Assembly (NCBI RefSeq): GCF_026571515.1
Contig: NW_026864499.1
Span: forward strand, 1-64,000
DNA: 64,000 nt
Direction of reading: 5' to 3'
Source: Ruditapes philippinarum
Taxonomy: Eukaryota
The notes under the pieces are model-generated. The model worked only from the letters and a program-made list of their open reading frames with translations. It was not told where the DNA came from and did not search any database. The first letter of the stretch is position 1; every line of letters begins with the position of its first letter. Below are positions 36,216-47,687 of this stretch, piece after piece. The position numbers and the translations under genes are program-made.

Positions 36216-39200
36216 TGTAAATATAAAATGCGTAGTATTGTCCGACATTATAATATTGTGTAAAACATTATGTAATTGTGCTCACAGAATACACTCACGT
36301 TACTTCAGTGAGCGATAGTGGAACATTCGACCGATGCGCAGAAGAGTAACATCACAGATGCGGGAATATCTCAACTCCACTAAGGCATTACGTAAACTAC
36401 ACTACATAGAATTAACATTACAAACGCACTAAACTATATTTCACATGCTTCAGGTTTGAAAGTTTGCATGAAATTTGCAGATATCCAATTCAAGTATGAC
36501 AGTGACCGTTTATTATATAGTTGACATGAAAACTAAATAAAAATCAACATTTAATTAATTAGAACTTTGCAATCGAAGTACATTTTTATGATGAATAAAT
36601 CATAACACTGATTAGAATATGATTTTAAAATACAGGTAACCTTAAATGTAATTATTCAAATTTTGATGGGGGACAAAACAACAATCAGAATAATTGTATT
36701 CATATTGTAAGAATTAAATTGTGATCGGCTCTTGGAAGACAAGTGATTTTAAATTTCAAGGTATTCTACTTCTGTTCAGAAATCTGTTCTAAATAATAAT
36801 GTGTATTAATTTTCTTTATGATTATATAAAAAAGCAAGCATATATATTATGTTTCTGTGCGTGGTAATTGCAATTACAAAGTTGTCAGTCTTGCGTATTG
36901 CACCATCATTTTTCGTTATTATGCCATAGAATATTTGATCTTTGAATCGTGCATTAATTATTAAATAAATAACATATATGTTTGTGGGAAATAGTAACCA
37001 TGACATCCCGAGGAAAATACTGTTACCCGAGACTGTAACCGCATCTTTACGAAGAATTTGTTGTTGTTTTCACAAAATAGAGAAAATAAGAAGCCCTAAT
37101 GATATTCCAAAACGGTAAAATTGAAAATGTTGCAGACTCGAATGAGTGAGCCTCATGGACTGTACTGTCAAATGCAAACTACCGTCCACGACCCCTAGCC
37201 CCAGCTTAAGCATAACTCAACATTTAAGAATGAAAATGGTGAGATTTTGAATTTAGTAGCATCTGCAGATGTGTTCATACGGCGGTAATAATGGAGCCTT
37301 CTATGTGACACGTAGGTGCCATCCACAAATAGCGGCGTATGGTCCCCAAGCAAAGCAAGCGTGTGCCCTAAACGAGAAAACAATAGGCGGAACTAAGCAA
37401 AATGGAATTTTGAAAGGGGTCAGAGGTTATGAAGCCTGCATATATGTTTTACAATTATTTCATTACGCCAATCAAATACTTCTTTGTGGGACATTGTTTC
37501 TATAGGATTTTATTTTTAAGAATTTGACTATGAAAAACTACTGTTACATATTTAATAGTACAGCAATTTTAGTCACATACATGACATAATACACTTGAAT
37601 TAACAGTACGAATAACTCAACTTATGTACAATTACCATTATAAAAAGTGAGGAATAATAATACATAATGTGTTCCAAAATGCGTTAAACATATATTTTGT
37701 AGAAACAGTCTGATTATAATGTTTAAATCACTTAGAACAAGAACTTGTAAGAAAATAACGTTGACTTGTTCTCCAACACAGCACATACGAGTTATCGTAG
37801 TTATCTGAAAAGACAAAAAAAATTTATATAAAATCAAATCACACACAAAAACAAAACAAAAGGACACAACTTTAATATTCCTAGATAATAAACATGTTTC
37901 CGAGTTTATGGGCAAAAAGTATTGATGCGTTTTAATTTCATTTTGTTTTTTTGTAAGATGTGCAAGCCAATATCATTCTGTCATCTTTTTCTTGATAGCC
38001 CGGAGCTTGACAGGTAGTGGACGATTCAGAGTATTGGAAGTGACGTCAGCTTCGAAACTTTGAGGAACATTAGGATCTTCTCGTAGAAAACTGAAGTTCT
38101 GAAGCAATGTCGTAATTACAAGGAACATCTCAGTTCTTGCCAATGCCTCACCCATACAAACTCGTGGTCGTGTATAAATGATATGATGAAACAAGGTAGT
38201 AATTATTGTTTTTCAATATCAAATACTAAAAGTCTAAAATTCGCCAAAATACACATAAAGTGAAACTTGGTGGCACGTCTCTAAATCAGTGAACTAACTT
38301 AAAGAAATCAAAGTGATGAAAAATACATGTTTTTAGACATAAATGACTATTTACAGTCAATATGAAAATAACAACTTATGCAAATCCGTGCAACTTTTAC
38401 ATTAAAATTATATCCAATCACTTTCAGAGTAAGAGATTTTCTGAATGTTTGGACCAGAATTGGTAACTGCCTCAGCGAAGGTTAAGTCATTAGATCTAGA
38501 CTTAACAACATTTTAATCATAAGAACAGTTTTTTCATTAAAGTTTAAATAAAATTCAACGCAAAGTATGGCATCTTCAAAGCTGGAGTCATTACAAATCA
38601 CTTGCTTCCTAACATGACTATGTTGACGAGGCAAGATGTCTAAGTCATTTTATCCTTTGCCCCTGCTTAAGATGATAGTTTTGGAAACGTTGAAAGGTGT
38701 TTGTGGGGGACAACGTTTTACTTGTACTGAATAAGCAATTGCGCAATTGAATATGTCTGAACATATGACTGAACAAAAAAAAAACAATTTTATGATTATG
38801 TCAATATAAGGGAATGGAATTTTTATTAGTTAAACCTTCAAAATATCTCCATTTATTAAATAACTATACCTGTTGATAAAATGAGAGTACAGCTGAATGT
38901 TAAAAAAAGAACATAGCTAGTCATTTTATTTCATTTTATTTCCTTTATTTTATTTCATTTTAGAGAGAAAAATACATCTGACTAATATTTTACCACTGGA
39001 GTTCTTACGTTGAGTTTATAGCACATTTTTGTTCAGAGTTTATTTTGTGTATATCTTTATTACCTGTTTATATATCTTATATATTGCTTTGTACGAGAAA
39101 TCATACCCGTGGAAAATGGTACGTATGGCAAGTTGTTTATCAGTTGTCCTTCCTCATCAATGAACCTTCCGGGATCAAATTTCTCTGGATCTTTGAAGAG

Positions 39201-40364
39201 GTTAGGGTCCATGCTAACTGAGTATTGCATCGGAAGTATGACAGTACCTTTAGGTATATGAAAACCAGATAGTGTTGTATCTTCACTTGTGTAATGTGGC
39301 AGGTTTAAGGGAACTAAAATGAAATAAAATAAAGACACTAAAATGAAATCGAGTTCGGGACTTCGAATTACATCATGTGCTAGACGAGAAGGTCTGTTGT
39401 TCTATCTAAGTGCTTGCCAGTGCTTGAAATTGTTCAATGAGGAGCAATTGAGGTCGTCACCGTAAACAACAGCATAAATATCCCATTGGCCTTTATAGCG
39501 CCGTTGGTGACTGTCTGTACACGCAACACTGTATTCATTCATATGTTTGTACGGAAGATTTCTCATTACAATGCGCATACGCAACGTCATCTTTGTTTAG
39601 AGGGGGGGGGGGAGTAATAAACAATGATTAATACGAACAGACAAGGTTAAATTATGTCATTTACGAGACGTGATGAAGCAAAAAGGACTAACATAAGATC
39701 TACAAACATCCTCAGTGCCACCTTCTTAAACAAAACAATGTAAAACGAGCGTTAGTGACTTCCAAGAAGAGCAGTGTCGTGAGTATTTGCACAGTTAGTT
39801 GCAAAGAATTACAATTTGTACTTTAAAATTAAAATTGCAATCATTGAAATCGGAGAATGTCATCGGAAGATAAAATGTTTTAGCTATTTGAATATCATAA
39901 TATTATGATTTGCGCAATTTCCAATTTTGAAAGTTTTTTTACAAAGATAAATGTATTTGAATCTATCTTAAGTTGAGTGCTGTTGAAATTTCGATACATG
40001 CAAAAAAGCATTGTACATCCATCAAAGCAATCATACAAATACAAACTCAATGTATATGTATATTAAAGTGACATTATGCTCATATTGTCATAGTCAAGTT
40101 GAGCTGAATTGACTTGTAATTTCAAAAGATTGGCTGATAAAATGGTGTTTGACCAACATTTATTTATGGAAAATGTTTAGGATAAGGACATCACATAAAC
40201 CATTATTTTGTAATTATATATATTCATGTCATGTGTCATTTATGTATTATATTTTGTATTTGTATATGTAATATGGTGATGAGCTTTTTATGCTTAAACC
40301 AAGAAATAAAGTTTCTGTGCTGTTTCTGTTCTGTTATGAATTAACATTAACAAAGACTTTGAAT

Positions 40365-40570
40365 CATTCGCTTCAATCAGGGTCTGTTCGAATCCTGCTA
40401 GGAAAGTGTACATTTATAGTGAGCTTTCAAGAAAATTTTCCACGGAAGTCGATTTTAACCTAGCTTGTAGTAAGTCGGGGCGACAAACCGGGACCTCTCT
40501 CTTCAAGCCACCATTGAAGCTGAAAAGTGTCATGACGTATAGACAGTTTAAATATTATCTTAAACCGAAA
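40365..40570 (+). mobile_element. Degenerate SINE copy
   Basis: B box GTTCGAATCC, core ...CCACCATTGAAGCTGAAAAGT... Confidence 0.55.
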
Positions 40571-42966
40571 AATGAATAGCACTGCAGATGAATGAATGAA
40601 TAAATCAATGAATACCTGGAAAAGGAAGGGAGGGAGGAAGGGCCGACTGAGCGAACGAACGAATAAATTGTAAAAATTGTTTACTACGTTTAAAAGAAAT
40701 AATATAATTTTTGATATCTAATTTGATATCAAAAAGAAATTGTAACTTAAATTCATATGCATGCTTGGTATCATTTGGTAGTACATTGCAAAAAACAAAA
40801 ACCTAAAGAAACGGACTTAGTCTAACACAGTCAGGTAACTGTGCTATATACTAACTTTCACATAAAATGTTTATATTATTCAATACCGTTTAAATTTCCT
40901 TCTGGCATTTTTCGGTACCCGCGACAAATAAATCAACTATGACCCAAAACATGCTGTCCCCTATTCGAAAAAGAAAGACGAAATGAATAGGTTACTAAAA
41001 TACATTATTTGTTTAATATAAAGTTTGATATTTAGTATGCTATATAGCGTTATCTACATTAAGAATGCCATCGTTAAACACTTGAGAAAATATATGATAT
41101 GCTAAGGTTGTTTAGGCTCTTTCTAGTTCCAACTGTTCGTGCCCATCATTATTTAAAGAATTTGATATAAGAAAATATTGACAATTGCTACACAGTCTCT
41201 TTGTAAATATAAAATAAACATGCTTTGACTTCACACAAAGTAGATATGTTATGTATAAAATTCTATACCCTATAGGTGGCCACAATATGAATTTATAGTG
41301 TCATAAAAAAACAAGCAGTTTTTTTTTTCAAGAAAAGACCAAATTTACTTGACCTGTAATAGGAAACACAGATACTCAAACATAGTTCAATATTTTATGC
41401 AAATGAAAAATATTCAGTTAGAATTTCATATATTTCAAATAATTCCTGCGATTAAATATATTTTACTCAAGGATGAACATAGTATATCTTTAAATGCACC
41501 CTGTTTCAATCAATATTTGCTAAATTGGAGACAATTTGTGATATGATAATCTCATTTACTTTATTTCAGAAAAATAACGTTATGCTAATTTGCATATTCA
41601 ATGTTTCAGACGATGTTTTATACTCAATGAATTCCGGTCCTGATTTTCCAGAGTATTTTTGCGAGAAACGTTCGTTACTATTTATAAAGGCATCTTCCTC
41701 ATCTGTCTTGTTCCTGTCAACGTCTAAATATAGATCAAGGAAGTCTCGTATATTAGCAGGATCAAATGTGCTTCTGTGCTCTTCAATTTGTTCACCAACA
41801 TATTTTGCGATATCATTCATGACCACTTTCCTCTTTTCCTCGATCTCGGAATCCTTACAACGACAAAAAAAATCGGAAATATTGTAGTTTCGTTTCAACG
41901 ACATTGAACAGACAGACTGGTTCCTCAGTTCAAATGTATGTATAAAATACAGGCAGATGTTTCACACTGTGCTGATGTAACTATGGAATAATATTTGCAC
42001 AAGTTAATTGTTTGTCACAAAAATAAATATTTGGTAAATTTTTTGAAATAAAATACAAAAAGCGACCACTCTTACTATATTTTTTCATATAATTTTATAA
42101 AACAAAACAAAATAAATACTTCATATAAAGAAACCTGGTTTACATAAAAATACAGTGAAGTTATCGCAAATAAATGACTCCAAGATATTCAGCATGAATT
42201 AAACATGTGAAAAGAAGTACATCTTTTGATCTTATGGTTAACAGATGTCATCCGGAACTCGGCAAAAGGTTTTTCCCCAAGCTTATCCGTGGTACAAACA
42301 AACTTTTACCGTTATATAGCACATCACAATAGATTAGACTTGTCGACCTGTTGCACTTATTTTCGAAGCTGTAACTGTATAAGTTTGTTTGAACATACGG
42401 ATTAGCTGGGAAAACACAAAATATCCTTAACGGACTTGCTCCGGAGAATAAAGAATATTTTGGGTTTTCCCAGCTAATCCGGGGGTACAAACAAACTCTT
42501 ACGAAATAGGCGTAACAGGTTGACTAATGTGTTGTGACCGGTAGTGCCACGTGAAGCTATTGATTAGCATGGAAAAACCCACATTTGCCGAATTCTGGAT
42601 AACGACTATTCCGGAGTTGGTCTATTCCTGATAACCCTAAGGGGAAATATTACCGTTTTCTTGACGAATTTAGCCAGGAACTCCGGCAAAAAGAAAGCAG
42701 CACTAACAGACGAAGCACTGTTGAGAACATCCGATAACTCCGTGATCCGATCTAATTCTAGGTCATCGTAGTCGAACCTAAGGATGTACAGTGAAAATTT
42801 ATTAAAACTGTAGGTTGGCAAATTTATTTAAAATGCCCTCACAAATGCTAAGGATAAGGGGCCTGAATTTGGACGCGACGTTATGTCTTACAATGATGGA
42901 CATTAAGACGCAACACGTGATATGACACATTTCAATACACAAAGTGAATTAGCCCATAATGGAAAG

Positions 42967-43296
42967 TATGGTGGCTGATTTGTGCCATTCTTGTTTTCGC
43001 CCCGCGACTCCGCCATACGAAATGTGGAAAATTAACAGGTTAAAATGGCAGGGGCGCGGAGCAAAAACACGCTAGTTAGCGTGGGCGCGGTTCGAAGTTT
43101 ATTAAAATAACTTCAATCCGCGGGGCGCGGAGCGAAATTGAAGAAATAAAACTGCGGGGGCGCGGGGCGAAGTTTAGAAAATAAAACTTCGCCCACGCTA
43201 ATTAGCGTGTTTCGCCCCGCGACCCCGCCAAGCGAAAAATCGAGAATTAGCAAGTTAAAATGGCGAAAACACGATTGGAACAAATCAGCCACCATA
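42967..43296. mobile_element. GC-rich foldback-type MITE in CYP pseudogene intron 2
   Basis: TIR TATGGTGGCTGATTTGT.CCA...GTTTTCGCC with GGCGAAAACACGATTGGAACAAATCAGCCACCATA. Nested internal inverted repeat AACACGCTAGTTAGCGTGGGCG / CGCCCACGCTAATTAGCGTGTT. Confidence 0.9.
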
Positions 43297-43315
43297 GGAA
43301 GATCTGTTATATAAC

Positions 43316-43532
43316 TTGTTTGTTTCTTTGTTTCATTTTACGCCTTTCCCAACAGTATTTCATTCATATAGGCGGGTAGTTTCCTAACCATCGTTCCTGG
43401 AGAGTTACACCAGTACTAGACTACAATCCTTCGTGCTAAACTACCAAGCATCTCCCGGGGATGGAACCCACGTCAGAGAGGTAACTTGATTAGAAGTCAT
43501 ATCGGCTCTTATCCCTCGACCACGGAGGCGGT
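43316..43532 (-). mobile_element. tRNA-derived SINE of a second family
   Basis: Minus-strand head CCGCCTCCGTGGTCGAGGG (A box) and GGGTTCCATCCCC (B-like box), with an (AAAC)n-like tail. Confidence 0.6.
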
Positions 43533-43560
43533 CTGTAATATAAACACCACAAAATGTTTC

Positions 43561-43645
43561 TGTGTGTGTGCGTGTGTGTGTGCGTGCGTATGTGTTGGTG
43601 TGCGTGCGTGTGTTGGTGTGTGTGCGTTTGCGTGTGTGTGTGTGT
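43561..43645. repeat. (GT)n/(GCGT)n microsatellite
   Basis: Direct inspection. Confidence 0.95.
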
Positions 43646-45351
43646 TGTTTTTTTCTTCTTTTGGTAAAGGTGAGAAACATTATCCGATATAGCAGATTTT
43701 AAATTGTTCCAGAACAAAATATTATTATTGTAAATATAAATATTTTTACAATATCACTTTAAAATGCTATCGCCATTTTTTTTTCAAGAAATATTTCATT
43801 TTGCGTGGAATCTGTTGCCGCAGTATGCACTGTGAATCAAATATTCAAAATTTTACTGGATTTAGTTTGTGTATGATTACCTTTTACCAAAAATTATTTC
43901 ATAATTGACGTTAGCGACTAATTTCCGCACGAGATCACTTATGGATACGGGTTGACCATCGGCTGCTTCAAGTACATCAGTGACGACCTGAATTTCAAAA
44001 TTTATTTTCTCTTCTATAGGTCTCCCGACACCAAAATCATGTAGTGCCCGTTGCGTACTCGCCAATATTGACCATAATTACTCCACACTATACCTGCACG
44101 AGGTTTAAACTTTTCATGCTTAATAATTGAGGAATACACCAAGAAAATGAGAATTTATAATTATTATTATAAGTGAAAAGTATTTTAAAGATATATTGAA
44201 AAGTATTAATTATGGCTGTAATATTCATAAATATCGCAAACATCTTAACTGAATTTTGTAAACTTCAGTAACTGTACATCTTTACAAATTGATGTGAAAT
44301 AACAACATGGTGTCATTTCTCACATATTTGTGGTGCGTACAGATGTACAATGTAAGTTATGATACGAATATTTATTTATGCATCTTGTTACTTACAGTGA
44401 AACCTGTGAACAGAAGTCACCTAAAGGAGATACCAAACATTGGTTTTTAAGTTTTGGCGGTTACTCTGTTCTATTAAATCAAGGTCGTTGAAAAATGTTT
44501 TTTACAGGGTAAACTCAGCACAGAGATATTCTTAAACACAAACTGAACATGTTTTATATTTTTTTCTAAGATTCAATAAGAAATTATAGGTCATGTATTA
44601 CTCACATGTATTATTTTTTAAATGGTTTTTAAACAAGGTTTTAAAAATAATGTGCATTTCTTCATTTTTAAATCAATAAGTTAATAAAACCACTATTGGA
44701 AAAACATAAATTAAACTCATTTAGGATTAAGGTGAGAAGACATATACAAGTTCCAGGGCAACATTTGCCTAAATGTATGAAAAGAAGGACCCACCTTTTG
44801 ATGCACCTGTAACTTCCCCTTTGTTTTCAGGTCTGTCGCTGAATATTTCTGCTTTCTCCACCAGAGCCTCGTTTATGACGTCGATTCCACTTAGAACCAC
44901 AAACATTTGATTCCCTAAGTACCATCGGAAAACGCTTCCATACTTTCTGGCCTCATCAGCAAACACTAAGTGATTCCTTCTTTTTGAAAGTTTGTACAGT
45001 AAAAATATTGAACCAACGATTGGAAATTTAAAATGTCCGGGTGGTTATTTGCTAGGGGTTCTTACAATGTACCACGTCACACAAAATATTACTATCAGCA
45101 TTAAAGTAACAGCGAATTCCATATTTATTTTCCAAGTAATTTTAAATGATATGCCATACTCCATGACAGCTTTTTAGGTGTAAATTTGATCGTTAATATA
45201 TCTTAACATCTCCTAACATTGAAGTAAAGTCATATTTGAGCCCAAGGTTTTACAAAACATATAACTTTACACGCATCAACAAATTTTCATAGTAAGGCGA
45301 CTGTTTTTGGTATAATATTACACATTACATTTTGATGTAAACAGTTTATAC

Positions 45352-45508
45352 ATAGAGGATATTGAGTGAGTGTAGTTCAATATTAAATTTATTGAACGAG
45401 TTGAATAAAATCATATTATGCGAGCCTCTGGCGAGCATAATAGTTTTTTTATTCAACGAGTTCAATAAATTTAATATTGAATCTACACGAATATAATATT
45501 CTTTTTAT
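45352..45508. repeat. ~155-bp imperfect palindrome, end of an interspersed DNA element
   Basis: TTCAATATTAAATTTATTGAAC...TTGAATAAAA / TTTTATTCAA...GTTCAATAAATTTAATATTGAA around the loop GCGAGCCTCTGGCGAGC. Confidence 0.85.
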
Positions 45509-46029
45509 CACATATATAAAACAAAAACAATAAACTGTTAAAATGAGTAATTTTTCAATGACGCGTTTATAGTGGTATGCTAACATTAGCGCGCTTTAAC
45601 ACTATGTTTCTATATAGTGCAAATGACGTCACGTCAAGGTGTTATTACACTAGTGTAATATCGTTTTTATTTGTTTGGGTCGTCAGACCAGACAAATAAT
45701 GGTAGCGAAATTTCAGACTCTACTGCTGTTAATTGCAAATGCCGAAAGTAGTCCGCTTTTTTGAAGCGGTTACTTCCCTTTATATGTACACTAACGCCGA
45801 AAAATTTAGGGGAGATCACTGCGTAAAGATGGTCAAATGACAGGCGCATTAATTTTCAATTAAAATAACTCCTGAATGGTCGAAGATTTCTAATATTGTT
45901 TTATATTCTTTATAGATACATATTCTTATAGTAAGCTCCATGAATATTTACATCTGTGTCAAACAACAGTTAGCGTCGTTACAAACCCTAATTTAGAGTA
46001 ATATGGTTTTCTTGAGGCCGTTAACATAG

Positions 46030-46108
46030 AAATTCACCGTGGCCGAGGTGTTTGCGCGCTTGCTTAGGAAGCGAGAGGTCTGGAGTTCAAATCCCAGTTA
46101 AGGCAACT
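46030..46108 (+). other. tRNA-like remnant (Pol III A and B boxes), not a functional tRNA
   Basis: GTGGCCGAGGTG ... GAGTTCAAATCCC, then a T run; no convincing acceptor stem. Confidence 0.5.
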
Positions 46109-46756
46109 CATTTTTTTTCAAATTGTTTAAGTCAAATCAACATTGGATTGAATATCAGTGTTGCAATAAGTCTTATAGCCAATTAAACATTAAACAATTA
46201 AAACGTTGGAAAGCATTGGTGGCACTATACAAAAACAAATTGGTTTATAATCTCACAACCTTCACCTTTCTGACATTCTGAGACCCAAACAAATTCAGCG
46301 CCTTCTGTGCTTTGATTATTAAATGGCTTTATTACTTTCCTGCGCCGCGGTTTATGTGATAAGGTGTAATATTTCCCAAAAACAGATATGTTTTTCTATG
46401 CTTCAGTGATAGAATACCCGTTTGAAATAAAATAATTTATGTTATGGTGGAAATGATAACTTCTGTATGAGCCAGGGCAAAAGTACAGAGCGAATGGCCG
46501 TAGAAAAGATTGAATTCTCAATCACAACGAACGTGACAAGTCTTTTTTTCTGATGATATAATCGTATTTACAAAAGAAGATGAATTATAAATAGGTAATA
46601 TATATTTTGAATGTCAGGCATAAAGATGAAGATGTTTTAATAGACGGCTTTAATTTTTGTATTTAATCAAATTGAAAATAAAAAGGCACGAATCAACCGT
46701 TATTTTCGCATAAACACGGTGCTTTAAGTGTTTTATGTCTAGATAATGCACCATTA

Positions 46757-46985
46757 AATGAGCCGCGTCATGACAAAACTAACATAGTGTGTTTGCGACC
46801 AGCATGGATCAAGACCAGCCTGCGCATCCGCGCAGTCTGATCAGGATCCATGCTGTTCGCTATCAGTTTCTCTACTTGTAATAGAGTTGGTAAACTTTGA
46901 TTACACATTATCACAAAGTAAAGCATTTGAGCCGCGTCATGACAAAACCAACATAATGGGTTTGCGACAGCATAGATCCAGACTT
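46757..46985 (+). mobile_element. MITE fragment(s) with hairpin and duplicated terminus
   Basis: TGAGCCGCGTCATGACAAAAC at 46759 and 46928. Hairpin CAGCATGGATC...CTGCGCATCCGCGCAG...GATCCATGCTG. Confidence 0.8.
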
Positions 46986-47378
46986 TCCGATTTTGGCAAG
47001 CTTATATTTACTAATGTATGTCATGTCTGCATCTCTTGTTCTCAACGTAGAAATATTGGTCAGAAGATATTGAAATCTTAAGAAGGTTGAACTTCTTCAC
47101 ATAAAAGGTGTCCAAAGTAATAGTATATTGTTATTCATTCTAGTCTGTATCAGTATGTTGAATTGAAGTTAATGCATGTATGTATGTTTAAATTTTGTTC
47201 GTGATAGTTTGCAAATGCACCACTTGTAATTCAGACACATTGTCTTATAGGACTCTTACCTTATTGAAAGGTAACTGTAACTGAAAAACCGAGCTCTTAT
47301 TATATTATTACAATTTCAGAATGTTTTATTATTGTATTATAATGCAGTCAGATTATTCATTATATCCCTCGAAAGAAA

Positions 47379-47542
47379 TTGTTTGTTTGATATGGTTTTA
47401 CGTCACACCGACATGGTATAGGACATATGGCGACATTCAAGCTTTACTGGTGGATGAAGACCTCAGGTGCCCATCTGTACATTATTTTAGGCACGAACGG
47501 GCACCTGAGTAGAACTAGCGACGTTTGTAAGCTAGCTGGATA
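47379..47542 (-). mobile_element. SINE fragment (Deu/Nin-like core)
   Basis: Near-identical to the 15925-16046 core. Confidence 0.8.
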
Positions 47543-47687
47543 GAAAGAAATTGTAAGATAAAAATAAATGTGAGCATATACTTCTACATGATATATTGTT
47601 ATTTGTTACGACACAAACAAACAAAGAGATATAAGTTATTCTGATGCGTTTGATTCACACAATTACTTAAATGTTTGTCAGTGAATA

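Larger units (their letters stand above)
37973..45122 (-). pseudogene. Clan-2 (CYP2-like) cytochrome P450 unprocessed pseudogene
   Basis: Exons homologous to the neighbouring gene. Lesions: TAA at 45045-45047, ~13-nt deletion in exon 2 (~44057), 63-nt deletion plus TAA in exon 5 (40887-40960), no recognisable exon 6, last acceptor AG>AC (38170). Confidence 0.92.

Noticed and set aside
43441-43717. His/Thr- or Cys/Val-repeat ORFs
   Set aside because: Translations of the (GT)n microsatellite.
46030-46108. Functional tRNA gene
   Set aside because: A/B boxes present but no proper acceptor stem.
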